DNA of 64,000 nucleotides from Pseudomonadota bacterium (GTDB lineage Bacteria; Campylobacterota; Campylobacteria; Campylobacterales; Sulfurimonadaceae): contig JAZDQA010000007.1 of NCBI GenBank assembly GCA_043797085.1, forward strand, positions 84,603 to 148,602. Reading direction: 5' to 3'. Position numbers and translations under genes: made by a program. Shown here piece by piece: positions 38,192-49,117 of the stretch. Within the stretch, counting starts at the first letter, position 1. The number at the start of each line of letters is the position of its first letter. The notes under the pieces are model-generated. The model did no database searches, was not told the DNA's origin, and was given only the letters and a program-made list of their open reading frames with translations.

Positions 38192-39384
38192 AAAAATATG
38201 CAGCAGGAATACTCAAAGAATTTTGGCTTTTAAAACGCGACATTCATGCACTAATGGTATTGTTTGTGATGCCGTCATTGTTTATCCTGATTATGAGTTT
38301 GGCAATGCGGGATGCGTTTTCTCAAAATTCTCAGATTCATTTCAAAGCGATAGTTGTATCTGAAGAAAACACGAGCGCATCCCGTGACTTTGTAACACAG
38401 CTCAAAAAGATAAAAGGATTTGAGTGGAGCGAGGGAAAATCGACGCAAGTTCCTGCTTTGATGATGGAACACGATATTTTACTAGCGGTCATCGTTCGTA
38501 CTGGATTTGACGAAGCAACCCATAAAAACCGTGCACAAGCTCCAAAACTAACCCTTCTTATCGCGCCTGAGGCAACGCCGGTTGCAAAGATATTATTTGA
38601 AACAGCAGTGGCAGGAACAGCGGCAAAAATCAACATGGTGAATCAAATGAGTTCCCTCAATCCATGGATGACGAGAGAAGAAAAAGAAGAAGCATTAGCG
38701 GATAAAGTGATGTTTGATGAGCATTTTTTACGCGGTAAAGACTCTACCGATGTTCGTCCTACGTCGGTTCAGCAAAGTGTCCCCGCATGGCTTATTTTTT
38801 CGATGTTTTTTATCATTATTCCCATCTCGAATACCTTTGTCAATGAGCGTCGTCTTGGGACATTGGCTCGGCTTGCGGTCATGAATGTGTCGATCGGAAA
38901 TCTCCTCGTTTCCAAAATGATTCCCTATTTTGTCATCAATCAAATACAGTTTGTTGCCATGCTCATGGTGGGAATGTTTGTTGTCCCTCTATTTGGAGGG
39001 GATGCTTTGAGTATTGGGGATAATATAGGGGCATTGCTGGTGGTTTCATCCATTTTGAGTTTTGCCTCTATTTCGTATGCGCTTGCACTGGCATCGTTTG
39101 TTCGCACGACCGATCAGGCAGTGACCATAGGGGGAGTTTTGAATATCATCTTTGCAGCCATTGGCGGGATTATGGTGCCGTTGTTTGTAATGCCTGATTT
39201 TATGCAGCAGTTGGCACTTCTCTCACCAATGTCATGGGGATTGGAGTCGTTTCTAGCCCTCTTTTTACACAATGCGCATGTGAGTGATATTTTACCTCCT
39301 TTGGGAGCGTTGATCCTTTTTGGAAGCATCTGTCTGGGGCTTGCCGGATGGAAATTAAATCGTGAATTGAAGGAGGCTCTATGA
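38188..39384 (+). CDS. ABC-2 transporter permease
   Basis: LFVMP, QQSVPAWLIFSMFF, ER..GTL, GGIMVP, SPMSWG. Confidence 0.9.
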   Translation: MKKYAAGILKEFWLLKRDIHALMVLFVMPSLFILIMSLAMRDAFSQNSQIHFKAIVVSEENTSASRDFVTQLKKIKGFEWSEGKSTQVPALMMEHDILLAVIVRTGFDEATHKNRAQAPKLTLLIAPEATPVAKILFETAVAGTAAKINMVNQMSSLNPWMTREEKEEALADKVMFDEHFLRGKDSTDVRPTSVQQSVPAWLIFSMFFIIIPISNTFVNERRLGTLARLAVMNVSIGNLLVSKMIPYFVINQIQFVAMLMVGMFVVPLFGGDALSIGDNIGALLVVSSILSFASISYALALASFVRTTDQAVTIGGVLNIIFAAIGGIMVPLFVMPDFMQQLALLSPMSWGLESFLALFLHNAHVSDILPPLGALILFGSICLGLAGWKLNRELKEAL

Positions 39385-39647
39385 GAGGGTCGCAGGATAA
39401 TGAATTTAAAACAGCACTTAAAAAGCTGATTATTGAGGCATGTGACAAGGACGTTACACCCGAAGAGGTAAGCGATACGGAACCTATGTTTGGGGATTCT
39501 TCGGTGCTGGCACTGGATTCGATGGATGCGCTGCAGCTTTCGATGGAGATACAGAGAGTGCATGGGGTAGTATTGGCAGACAGCAAAGAACTGCGTCGCG
39601 TATTTACGTCGATTAATGCCCTTGCGGATTATATAAGACCTGCATAA
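39381..39647 (+). CDS. Acyl carrier protein
   Basis: LALDSMDALQL. Confidence 0.88.
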   Translation: MRGSQDNEFKTALKKLIIEACDKDVTPEEVSDTEPMFGDSSVLALDSMDALQLSMEIQRVHGVVLADSKELRRVFTSINALADYIRPA

Positions 39648-40790
39648 ATGAAGCCTTCTGTTTATGTCCGTGAAGCGGTTGCTTTTTGCTCTCTTGGAAA
39701 TAGTTCAGAGGAGATAGCACACAATATTCACGGTAATGGTGCAGATGATTTTAAAGAATTCACCTTTGGGTCTGAACTCATTTCACGCGAATATCGAGGA
39801 ATGAAAGATAAAAGAGTTACGGGTAACGATGATTTTTATGCCACACTGGAACAACTCTTAGCGCAGTTGACCTCTTCGATTTGCAGTGAAGAACTTTTAG
39901 AGTGCGCTCTTTTGATCGGCTCAACGTCCATGAGTATCCCCTGTTCTGAACCTCTTTTTAAATCCAATCCCAATGAAGTGATGCTGCCGTACATCGGTTA
40001 CGGTGCTATCGGGGAGCGTTTAGCGCAAACGTTTGGATTGGGAGGAGAAATTGCCCTTTTTGCAACTGCGTGTACCTCGTCTGCCAATGCACTTTTGTAT
40101 GGACAAACGGGGATAAATGAGGGGAGATTCCAACGTGCAATCGTACTGGGATTTGATTTTTACAATGAACTGACAATGTCGGGATTTGAATCGTTCGGGC
40201 TTTTGAGCCGTGATGGTTGCCGTCCGTTTGATCGTGATCGCTCAGGAATGGTTTTAGGTGAGGGGTGTGGTGCGATTTTACTGGATACAATTCCCTCTTC
40301 TTATAAATCTCAGCTGATACTCGCAGGCGGAGCAAATCGCAGTGATACCTCCAGTCCTACGGCACACAACACGGACGGGATAATGGTTGCACAGACGATT
40401 AACGATGCGCTTCACAATGCTGATGTATCCGTGAACGAAGTCAAGCTCATTAAGGCGCACGCGACGGGAAGTCAAACTAACGATGTAGCTGAGGGGATTG
40501 GATTGCGACGAGTGTTTGACTCACTGCCTCCGATTGTGGCACTGAAATCCTCTTTGGGACATACGTTGGGAGGATGCGGCGTTATCGAACTCGCCGTTCT
40601 TTGGTTTTGTATGCGAGGCGGATTTGTTCCAAAAACAGTCGGATTTGAGATTGCCGATGAGGCTATGGGGATTTTACCTATGACGTCAGAGAAAACGGTG
40701 TCTGATGGGATGATTTTGTTGAACCATTTTGGATTTGGCGGTAACGGTGTGGTTTTGGTTGTTGAGAGTTTTAATGGAGAAAAATTGTGA
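39648..40790 (+). CDS. Beta-ketoacyl synthase (KS)
   Basis: ATACTSSANA, KAHATG, GHTLG, FGFGG. Confidence 0.9.
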   Translation: MKPSVYVREAVAFCSLGNSSEEIAHNIHGNGADDFKEFTFGSELISREYRGMKDKRVTGNDDFYATLEQLLAQLTSSICSEELLECALLIGSTSMSIPCSEPLFKSNPNEVMLPYIGYGAIGERLAQTFGLGGEIALFATACTSSANALLYGQTGINEGRFQRAIVLGFDFYNELTMSGFESFGLLSRDGCRPFDRDRSGMVLGEGCGAILLDTIPSSYKSQLILAGGANRSDTSSPTAHNTDGIMVAQTINDALHNADVSVNEVKLIKAHATGSQTNDVAEGIGLRRVFDSLPPIVALKSSLGHTLGGCGVIELAVLWFCMRGGFVPKTVGFEIADEAMGILPMTSEKTVSDGMILLNHFGFGGNGVVLVVESFNGEKL

Positions 40791-41593
40791 AGCCGTTGTA
40801 CATCGAAGCCGTTTCTTTATTACTCCAAGAGGTGAGTGAAGCCGATACGGAGCTAAAAAAAGAGCTTGAAAAAACATCTGGGCAGAAATTTCGCCGTGTG
40901 AACCATTTCGTCCTCTTGGCACTGGCAGGTGTTTTTAGACTTCCCAATCTTTCAAGTATTGACCCAAAATGTGCGCTCTATCTAGGAACGGCAAATGGGT
41001 GCGTGCGAGATGTGGTCAAAATGTTAGAGCAGATGTACCGAGATACATTGCTTCCGATGCCGTTTACGTTTATGGGAACATCGACAACTATGGCAGGATT
41101 TCATATCGGCGCAACATTGGGATTGTCAGGATCTAATGTAACGGTGTCCAATCCGTATGGATCATTTGAACAGGCTTTGGGTATGGCGTGTACGCAGTTG
41201 GAGAGCGGCACATCAACGTCTGCATTGGTGGGCTGTGTCGATGAGGGGGTATTCCCTTTGGATGAATTTAAAAAAGTGACTCATAATGATGATGAGGTTG
41301 TATTCGAAGGGGGATGTTGGCTGAAACTCTCACTTCAGTGTGAAAATCCAGTGGCGGTGATTATTGCATTTGAATCTTTTAAGACACTCGCCGCAGTTGA
41401 AGAGTATTGTGAACAACAAGCATTGAATGAGCCGCTTACCGTGATACGAAACGGACAATCAGGTTATGTCGGCGCAATTGGCGGGATTGATTATGTTCGT
41501 GCGCTTCAAGAGCAGAGAAGCGGCAGGTTAGCACTGATTTCACAAACTGGATTAATGAGTTTTTCGGTGACACTAACTCGAATATTAGGGTAG
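40787..41593 (+). CDS. Ketosynthase chain-length-factor-like protein
   Basis: FRRVNHF, PMPFTF, LVGCVDE; KS N-terminal fold without catalytic motifs; coupled to the preceding KS. Confidence 0.75.
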   Translation: MKPLYIEAVSLLLQEVSEADTELKKELEKTSGQKFRRVNHFVLLALAGVFRLPNLSSIDPKCALYLGTANGCVRDVVKMLEQMYRDTLLPMPFTFMGTSTTMAGFHIGATLGLSGSNVTVSNPYGSFEQALGMACTQLESGTSTSALVGCVDEGVFPLDEFKKVTHNDDEVVFEGGCWLKLSLQCENPVAVIIAFESFKTLAAVEEYCEQQALNEPLTVIRNGQSGYVGAIGGIDYVRALQEQRSGRLALISQTGLMSFSVTLTRILG

Positions 41594-41635
41594 TTTGATT
41601 ATAATAAATAGAATTAAATCTCATAAAGGTATGAC

Positions 41636-42871
41636 ATGGAAGCCAAGACAATAGTATCGGATATTTTGATCATCGGAGGAGGACCGGCAGGTTCAATCGC
41701 GGCCGCTTCGTTGGTTCAAAAAGGATATTCGGTTAGTGTTGTTGAAAAAGTTCCTTTTCCCCGTTTTGTTATCGGAGAATCATTATTACCGCGATGCAAT
41801 GAGCTTTTAGAGATCAACGGGATGCTTGAGATGGTAGACAATCATGGCTTCAAAGTTAAGCGGGGTGCGGCTTTTGATATGAACGGCGTTTTGGAAGCGT
41901 ATGATTTTAGTGAAAACATCGGTCAGAAATTTGGGACATCGTATCAGGTGAAGCGCGAAGAGTTTGATGATTTACTCTTAAAACAAGCGGTTGGTTTTGG
42001 CGCAACACTGTTTGAAGAGACGGAAATTACCACATTTGATCCTGAAACTACAACGGCTACTGCAGTGGACAATGAGGGAAATATCCTGACGTTTAAAGCC
42101 AAATTCGCCCTCGATGCTTCGGGCTACGGGCGCGTTTTCCCTCGTCTTTTAGGACTGGATGAACCCAGTGAACTTAAAATACGAAGTGCGGTATTTACTC
42201 GTATTACGGGTGATATTCGTCCTACCAATGAGACGGAGGGGTATATTTATATCTATGTACACGGAAACAATGATGCGTGGATTTGGTGTATTCCTTTCTC
42301 AGATGGGATAACGTCGGTTGGGGTGGTGTGTACGGAAGAATATTTCAGCTCTTTTGGACTTGAAAACGAAGCTTTTTGGGATGAAATCATTATGTCAACG
42401 GTGGGAGCACGTGAGCGATTTGCCAATGCCGTTAAAATCGTTCCCGTTGGAAAAATCGATGGATACAGCGCCAATGTCAAATCCATGGTAGGAAAAAATT
42501 ACTGCATGGCAGGAAATGCGACGGAGTTTTTGGACCCTGTCTTCTCCTCAGGCGTGACGCTGGCGCTCGAATCGGGAAATCAAGCAGCGATTCTGATTGA
42601 TAAGCAGCTCAAAGGTGAAGCGGTTGACTGGGAGGCTGAGTATGTTGCGTACATGATGACTGGGATTAATGTGTTCCGTGAATTTGTTGGTGCGTGGTAC
42701 GATGGACGGCTTCAAAGTATCTTTTGTGTTGAGGAAAAACCGGAGAAAATCAAGCGTGCCATTGCGTCAATTTTGGGCGGATACGTTTGGGATGATAACA
42801 ATATTTTTGTGAAAAATCCAAAAAGTGCAATGGCGGCGGTCATTTCACAAATAACACCCAAAGGGCTTTAA
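41636..42871 (+). CDS. FAD-dependent halogenase/oxidoreductase family protein
   Basis: IIGGGPAG, FPRFVIGESLLP, WIWCIP, GNATEFLDPVFSSGV. Confidence 0.85.
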   Translation: MEAKTIVSDILIIGGGPAGSIAAASLVQKGYSVSVVEKVPFPRFVIGESLLPRCNELLEINGMLEMVDNHGFKVKRGAAFDMNGVLEAYDFSENIGQKFGTSYQVKREEFDDLLLKQAVGFGATLFEETEITTFDPETTTATAVDNEGNILTFKAKFALDASGYGRVFPRLLGLDEPSELKIRSAVFTRITGDIRPTNETEGYIYIYVHGNNDAWIWCIPFSDGITSVGVVCTEEYFSSFGLENEAFWDEIIMSTVGARERFANAVKIVPVGKIDGYSANVKSMVGKNYCMAGNATEFLDPVFSSGVTLALESGNQAAILIDKQLKGEAVDWEAEYVAYMMTGINVFREFVGAWYDGRLQSIFCVEEKPEKIKRAIASILGGYVWDDNNIFVKNPKSAMAAVISQITPKGL

Positions 42872-43950
42872 TGAATAATTTTTTCGATGTCTCTAAAATG
42901 TCAGCGGCTCAAGCACAGTATGAAGCCCAAAAAATCGCCTTTGCCCCCATCGTTTTTCAATCAGTGAGAGTATTGCGTGATAGCGGTATCCTCAAGACTC
43001 TCCATGAAAATAAATCAGGAATGAGCATTGATGCCGTTGCCCAGTACCTCTCCATGACCCCTTATGCTGTTACCGTATTGTTAGAGACAGGTTTCAGTGC
43101 GGGAGTGGTTGCCAAAAAAGAGGAGATTTTTTCCCTCACAAAAATCGGTTATTTTCTCCTCAATGACCCCATGACCCGTATCAACATGGATTACAACCAT
43201 TACGTCAATTATTTGGGACTGTATGAGTTGGATAAGGCGGTAGGGAGCGGTGAACCTGAAGGATTAAAAGTATTTGGAGAGTGGGAGACGATTTATCCGG
43301 GTCTAACATCACTGCCTGAGGATGCGAAAAAAGCGTGGTTTGATTTTGACCATTTTTATTCTGATTCAGCTTTCGGAGAAGCGCTTAAAATTATAGGGCA
43401 AAAGTCCCCAAAACGGCTTCTGGATATAGGTGGAAATACCGGACGGTTTTCACGTCTTTGTGCGCAAACGCTCTTGGAGTGTCACGTCACCATCGTTGAT
43501 TTGCCCCAACAGCTCGCTGTGGCATCGGTAGAAAATGAAGAGGCGGGATTATCGGCGCGTATCGATACGTATGCCGCAGATATGCTCAAAGAGGAGACCC
43601 GTTTGCCAAGCGGTTATGATGGGGCGTGGATGAGTCAATTTCTGGACTGTTTCGGGGAGGAAGATATTGTAAAAATTCTCTCTAAAATAGAACATTCGAT
43701 AGACGACAAGGGGAAAATCTACATTTTAGAACCGATGTGGGATCGACAAAAATATGAAACATCCGCCTACTGTCTCATTAATACTTCTCCTTATTTTACC
43801 GCTATGGCAAACGGTAAAAGCAAGATGTTTAATCTGGGTGAATTGACTCGCTGTATTGTTAAAGCAGGATTAGTCATTAGTGTAATTCATGATAATGTCG
43901 GCTTTTGCCATTCGTTGATCGTGTGCGAAAAAAAATCAAAAGGTGAGTAA
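42871..43950 (+). CDS. SAM-dependent methyltransferase (O-methyltransferase fold, ApeB-like)
   Basis: IAFAPIVFQ, FDHFYSD, LDIGGNTG, WMSQFLDCF, YFTAMANG. Confidence 0.88.
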   Translation: MNNFFDVSKMSAAQAQYEAQKIAFAPIVFQSVRVLRDSGILKTLHENKSGMSIDAVAQYLSMTPYAVTVLLETGFSAGVVAKKEEIFSLTKIGYFLLNDPMTRINMDYNHYVNYLGLYELDKAVGSGEPEGLKVFGEWETIYPGLTSLPEDAKKAWFDFDHFYSDSAFGEALKIIGQKSPKRLLDIGGNTGRFSRLCAQTLLECHVTIVDLPQQLAVASVENEEAGLSARIDTYAADMLKEETRLPSGYDGAWMSQFLDCFGEEDIVKILSKIEHSIDDKGKIYILEPMWDRQKYETSAYCLINTSPYFTAMANGKSKMFNLGELTRCIVKAGLVISVIHDNVGFCHSLIVCEKKSKGE

Positions 43951-44430
43951 ATGAGAGTATGGTTTGTTTTAATTTTTTTAGTCGGGTCATTATGGGCGAA
44001 AGGTGAATTTACCGAGAAACGTTATATTTATGCGTTGGATAAAACGACAATTTTCAAAGGGTCGATTGTTATCACTGACGACTCAACCATTGTCCGTTAT
44101 ACCTCACCAGAGAAAAAAATCTTGACCCAAACGGGCAAAACCCTCACCATCGAAGATGTAGAAGCCAAAACATCCCAAACGATTGATCTCTCCAAACGGA
44201 TGGATATGAGTTTGTATTTTAGTTTTATGCGCTCCATCAATAAAAAAGATTTTACGGGACTAAAAACCTATTTTGAGATAAACAAAGAGGGAAATACCTA
44301 CCATCTCTCCCCAAAATCCGATGTGAAACGGGCAATTGAGAAGATGGAAATCACCATGCGCAATGATGAGATGAAACGTATGGTGATCTATTTTACCAAC
44401 GAGGACATTATTGAAATTGAAACACTTTGA
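43951..44430 (+). CDS. LolA-like periplasmic carrier protein
   Basis: Signal peptide, F.EKR...FKG, RYTSP pattern; adjacent to MMPL gene. Confidence 0.7.
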   Translation: MRVWFVLIFLVGSLWAKGEFTEKRYIYALDKTTIFKGSIVITDDSTIVRYTSPEKKILTQTGKTLTIEDVEAKTSQTIDLSKRMDMSLYFSFMRSINKKDFTGLKTYFEINKEGNTYHLSPKSDVKRAIEKMEITMRNDEMKRMVIYFTNEDIIEIETL

Positions 44431-46564
44431 ACGCCTCCGTTTTCTTATTGTCGCCCTTGTTTTTATAGCGATCGGAATCACCCTTTTTATCAAGTATCCG
44501 CTACAAGGCGATATTTCCAAAGCGCTTCCTGAAGATAAGGCAACGGGGATTTTATCGCTTTATAATCAGTTTGATTCGTCCAAAAAACTGTTGGTATTGG
44601 TCGAGGGATTTACCCCGGAGAGTCTGGAAAAAGCCAATACCGTAAAAGAGAAATTGTCTCAACTAAGCCAAGTGGAGAGTGTCTATTTCGGAACATCCGA
44701 TATTGACCCAAAAGTGCGGGAGTATTTGGCGAAGAACTGGTACTATTTATCGGACTTTAATGCGACCGTGTTGAGCAGGGATGAGGTCAAAAACAGACTT
44801 GTTGCACTCTCAGCTAAAATGCTAGAGGGGGGTGCGTATACGCAAGTTGATACGACCGACCCTTTGGGATTGTTCGAAGACCCGTCGTTTATGCAAGGGG
44901 CGCAAAAAGATGGGATGATGATTGTCCCAAACAAAGGATATTGCGTCATAGCCTCTATCCGTCCCTCTGTTGGGGATATGGAAGGTTCGCGCAAACTGTA
45001 TGATGAGGTGAACACGGCATTGGCTCCTTACAAAGAGGGAATTGTCGTCTTTAGCCCTAATTTTTACAGCGTTGAAAACTCTGCGTACATTCAAAGTGAT
45101 GTGGAAAAGATTACCGCACTTACCATCGTGATACTCATTGGTGTTTATTTTTTCTTACTCCGTAATAAAGTGATGCTGATTTTTAGTCTGAGCACCCTTT
45201 TTCTCTCAGGACTTATGGCGATTTTGGCAGTAAAGCTGATTTTTGCGGATGTATCGATGTTGGTGGTGGCTTTTGGTGCGGGGATCGCTACGATTGCCGA
45301 GGATTATCTGTTTATGCTTTTTTTGAATGATGATTACAAAAAACGCCGTTTTAATTGGGCTGTTTTTTGGGGATTTGTAGCGACAGAAGTGGGCTTAGGT
45401 TCTTTGACTTTTATTGATTTCCCTCTTATTTCGCAGCTGGCACTTTTCGCCTTTATCTCGTTGGCTCTTTCGTATCTCATCTTTGCCTTTGTCTTTCCCC
45501 GATTAGCATTTTATCATGAGGACGTACCCCAAAAAAGTGATCTGTTTTTTGAGAAATTATGCAATCTTCGCCGTATTCCTCCGAGTGTTTTTACCGTCAT
45601 TTCGCTTCTTTTGGTGGCATTGTCGATTTCACATCTGACGTTTGACTCCAATTTTCGCCATTTGGATTATCAAAACGAACCCCTTTTGGAAGCCGAAAAA
45701 CTGTTTGCCGAAATGTTGGGAGAAGACAGAATCCCCATCCTTATTGAAGCTAAAAACAGTGAGGAGTTACTAAGTCGTGCGGAAATCCTAAAAGTACATG
45801 CTCCCAGCAGTTACTCTCTTGCGAATATGGCGTTAAGCGGTGCGAAAAGTGCTCAGCGATTGGCTCAAATCCGAAGCTATGATTTTGCCTCGCTTCGTCA
45901 AAATTTGGAAGAGACAAGTGCGGAGGCGGGTTTTAGGAGCGGGATATTTAAAAACGCATACTTACCGCTCCAAGAGCTTTCACCTTACACCCTCGATACT
46001 GATGCTTTGCGTGTTTTAGGTTCTGAAATACTTAAAACCAATAACGGTGTCATGAGTTTGGCGTACATCAAAACGGATGAGTTAAAAGCACTTACCCCGT
46101 ATCCATTTTTCATAGCGATAGATGCAAAAGAGATACTTTCTCACAGTGCTACCAATGCCCTCAAAGAATTTACCACGATATTTGCGATTGGATTTTCTCT
46201 TTTGCTGATGATCATTATTGCAGTCACCCGTCGCCGTGCTCTTTATGCTCTTAACTTTCTTTTCTTTCCAATGTCAGTGATTTTAGTAATGTTTGCACTC
46301 AGCGGAAGCTTTAATCTGATGCACCTTTTTGCCCTCTTTTTGATGATGGTGTACGGGATAGATTATGGGATTTACCTCTCACGCGGAGAGATTTCGAACT
46401 CTATGCGGGCAGTGATTTATTCATGTCTAACAACTTTTGCAGGATTCGGGATACTAATTTTGAGCGATGTTCCTGCGGTCCATTCGATAGGTGAAGTGAC
46501 GATTGTGGGGATTATCGCAATTATGATGCTATTTTTTCAAAAAGGTGAGCAATGCCGCGTGTGA
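44411..46564 (+). CDS. MMPL/RND-family exporter
   Basis: Two repeats of periplasmic plus TM blocks; DPLGL, GIDYG, TTFAGFG. Confidence 0.85.
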   Translation: MKLKHFERLRFLIVALVFIAIGITLFIKYPLQGDISKALPEDKATGILSLYNQFDSSKKLLVLVEGFTPESLEKANTVKEKLSQLSQVESVYFGTSDIDPKVREYLAKNWYYLSDFNATVLSRDEVKNRLVALSAKMLEGGAYTQVDTTDPLGLFEDPSFMQGAQKDGMMIVPNKGYCVIASIRPSVGDMEGSRKLYDEVNTALAPYKEGIVVFSPNFYSVENSAYIQSDVEKITALTIVILIGVYFFLLRNKVMLIFSLSTLFLSGLMAILAVKLIFADVSMLVVAFGAGIATIAEDYLFMLFLNDDYKKRRFNWAVFWGFVATEVGLGSLTFIDFPLISQLALFAFISLALSYLIFAFVFPRLAFYHEDVPQKSDLFFEKLCNLRRIPPSVFTVISLLLVALSISHLTFDSNFRHLDYQNEPLLEAEKLFAEMLGEDRIPILIEAKNSEELLSRAEILKVHAPSSYSLANMALSGAKSAQRLAQIRSYDFASLRQNLEETSAEAGFRSGIFKNAYLPLQELSPYTLDTDALRVLGSEILKTNNGVMSLAYIKTDELKALTPYPFFIAIDAKEILSHSATNALKEFTTIFAIGFSLLLMIIIAVTRRRALYALNFLFFPMSVILVMFALSGSFNLMHLFALFLMMVYGIDYGIYLSRGEISNSMRAVIYSCLTTFAGFGILILSDVPAVHSIGEVTIVGIIAIMMLFFQKGEQCRV

Positions 46565-47757
46565 CACTCCTCCAAAATGATGGTACACGAATGTGCGAGC
46601 CATTGAGTTTTGATTCTTATGGAGAAAAAAACGACAATAGTGTTTTTCTCATCCCTTCAAATAGTAATAAAATGACGCAAATTCGAGATATTATGGATGC
46701 ATTGCGGGGCGGAAATATTCCTCTGTTGTTTGATGGCACGATGATATCAAGTAGCCAAAAAGTGCAAACGTTAGTGTGTGATAATGCTAAAAGTTTTAAT
46801 GAATCTGCTTCCGCACTGTTTTTTACCTCAGGCACGAGTGGAAATCCTATCGGCGTGGTGAAAACGCAAGAGCATCTCCTGTGCGAAACATTGACGCATA
46901 CCAAATGGCTAAAAGATGAAAATTTTGAACAGTGCCTTGTGACTGTCCCATTTTTCCATATCTATGGGTTCTTATTCGGGCTTTCAGTCCCTGCGGCACT
47001 TGGTTTGGAAATTGTGACAAAAGAGGATTTCCTTCCCAATGAAATCGTTAATCTTTGCAGGTCCAAACCTACTTTATGTATTACCAATCCCGTCTTTATC
47101 CGTGCGATGCTGAGACTCAGGGAGGATGTCGATCTCTCCAAAACTCTTTTTATCAGCTCCAGCGGTCCACTGGAACCTCACGAAGCATCCGCATTCGAGG
47201 AGAAATATTCCACACGGCTGACTCAGCTTTATGGCTCTAGTGAGACAGGCGGAATTGCGATACGCTCTGGAGGAAGCTGTGTATGGACACCATTGGACGG
47301 CGTACGAATCTCAGAAGACGATGGTGTTTTATGTGTGGAATCGCCGTTTGTTTCAAGTACCGTGTATGATGAAACGTTCATTTCCATTCCATCTCCTTTT
47401 CGAACCACGGATATTATAGAAATGGCGGACAATGGATTTAAAATCACAGGGCGCGCCAGTGAATTGGTAAAAATCGGAGGAAAACGGCTTTCCATCGTAG
47501 AAATTGAGACATTTTTAGAAAAGATGGAGGGGATTGATGAAGCGTTAGGGTTTGTTGAATATCATCCCGAACAGCTTCGCGGAGAGAGTTTAACCCTTTA
47601 TCTTGTAGGAGATGAGACGAAAATTCATAAAACGATTCTCAAAAAAGCACTTCATGATTATTTTGGCGGGATTCACATCGAGAGTAAAATCATACTGATG
47701 GAGAAAATCGAAAAGACCGCCATGGGAAAAAAGATTCGCTCACGACTGGTGACGTAA
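46552..47757 (+). CDS. AMP-dependent acyl/aryl-CoA (or ACP) ligase
   Basis: FFTSGTSGNP, HIYG, YGSSETGG, GRASELVKIGGKR, GKK. Confidence 0.88.
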   Translation: MPRVTLLQNDGTRMCEPLSFDSYGEKNDNSVFLIPSNSNKMTQIRDIMDALRGGNIPLLFDGTMISSSQKVQTLVCDNAKSFNESASALFFTSGTSGNPIGVVKTQEHLLCETLTHTKWLKDENFEQCLVTVPFFHIYGFLFGLSVPAALGLEIVTKEDFLPNEIVNLCRSKPTLCITNPVFIRAMLRLREDVDLSKTLFISSSGPLEPHEASAFEEKYSTRLTQLYGSSETGGIAIRSGGSCVWTPLDGVRISEDDGVLCVESPFVSSTVYDETFISIPSPFRTTDIIEMADNGFKITGRASELVKIGGKRLSIVEIETFLEKMEGIDEALGFVEYHPEQLRGESLTLYLVGDETKIHKTILKKALHDYFGGIHIESKIILMEKIEKTAMGKKIRSRLVT

Positions 47758-47759
47758 CG

Positions 47760-48122
47760 TTATAGTGACGTATAAAAAACCGCAATTTCACCCATTGCGA
47801 CACGGTTTTGCGAAGCGTTAGAGATGGCATTAAATTCAAAAAGATAGGAATCGTTAAACGAATGTTTGAGGGTGACGGTGGTGTCAAAATGAAGAGTGTC
47901 CGTCTTGTTGCAGAGTTTGATATTTCGAAAAGATGAGACCACTCCGGCATTACAGTTGGGAGAAAGGGGAAAAAAACTTGTACCCTGAGCGGCGGCTTCG
48001 CAAAACATGGCAAGTGTTGGTGTGAGGGGAAAACGGGTTTCGAAGGTCACTTGCGTTTCATTTTGTTCTGAAAGCTGTCCGATAAAAATAAGGGGTTCTT
48101 TGTGAGGTAAGCGACTGTTCAT
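47760..48122 (-). CDS. Hotdog-fold dehydratase partner (ApeP-like)
   Basis: LPHKEP and EAAAQ motifs. Confidence 0.7.
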   Translation of the reverse strand: MNSRLPHKEPLIFIGQLSEQNETQVTFETRFPLTPTLAMFCEAAAQGTSFFPLSPNCNAGVVSSFRNIKLCNKTDTLHFDTTVTLKHSFNDSYLFEFNAISNASQNRVAMGEIAVFYTSL

Positions 48123-48184
48123 AAAATGAGTCCTGACTTTTTAAAGAAATGGTAGAATAAACTTACTTAAATACGAGGTATACA

Positions 48185-49105
48185 ATGTCTAAACGGGTTC
48201 TGGTCGTCTATTATTCTCAAAGTGGGCAATTGGAAAATGTGCTCACTGCAATGTTAGAGCCTTTGGTGATTTGTGATGCGGTTGAAGTGACGATGTTGCC
48301 ATTACGTCCGAGTGAAGATTTTGCCTTTCCATGGTCTTTTTGGAAGTTTTTTGATGCGTTTCCCGAATCGGTTTATTGTGATCCGCTCCCTAATCGTCCA
48401 TTCGAGCTTATTGACCCTGAAAGCTTTGATCTGATTATTATCGGATACCAACCGTGGTTTCTTTCACCCTCGTTGCCCATGAGCGCCTTTATGAAATCCG
48501 ATCAAGCGAAAGTCATTTTAAAAAACAAACCCGTTGTCACCGTCATAGCCTGCCGTAATATGTGGATAGAAGCTCAAAAAACGATGAAAGAGCTTTTAGT
48601 ATCGTGTGAAGCACGTCTTATTGATAATGTTGTGCTAAGTGACCAAAGCGGTCCCTTGGAGAGTTTTATCACGACGCCACGTTGGATGCTTACCGGAAAA
48701 CGTGAATCGTTTTGGGGATTATCGGCGGCTGGTATTTCGGATGATGTTATCCAAAAAAGCAGCCGTTTTGGTGAAGCGATTTTGTCAGGACTTATCAGCA
48801 ATAAAGAAGTAGAGAATGCCCCGATGCTCAGTGGTTTGGGTGCGGTGTGTGTTGATCCTCGTTTTATTGCCTCGGAAAAGATAGGGAAACGGAGTTTTCG
48901 GATTTGGGGTAAGCTTATTCGGCTGTTTGGAAAAAGAGGCTCATGGAGCAGACGCCCAGTATTGGGTGTTTATGTTCTTTTTTTAATAGCGTTGATTGTG
49001 AGTGTTGTTCCCCTAAATATGGCATTACAAAGTATTATTAGACGTTTATTTAAAGGAAAAATGGATAAAATAATACAAAGTATAGAAGCTCCTTCAGGCA
49101 GATAG
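48185..49105 (+). CDS. darA: Dialkylresorcinol condensing enzyme
   Basis: VVYYSQSGQL, FPW...FFDAFPE, YQPWFLSPS, ACRNMW, FITTPRWMLTG. Confidence 0.9.
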   Translation: MSKRVLVVYYSQSGQLENVLTAMLEPLVICDAVEVTMLPLRPSEDFAFPWSFWKFFDAFPESVYCDPLPNRPFELIDPESFDLIIIGYQPWFLSPSLPMSAFMKSDQAKVILKNKPVVTVIACRNMWIEAQKTMKELLVSCEARLIDNVVLSDQSGPLESFITTPRWMLTGKRESFWGLSAAGISDDVIQKSSRFGEAILSGLISNKEVENAPMLSGLGAVCVDPRFIASEKIGKRSFRIWGKLIRLFGKRGSWSRRPVLGVYVLFLIALIVSVVPLNMALQSIIRRLFKGKMDKIIQSIEAPSGR

Positions 49106-49117
49106 GTTTAAGACACT

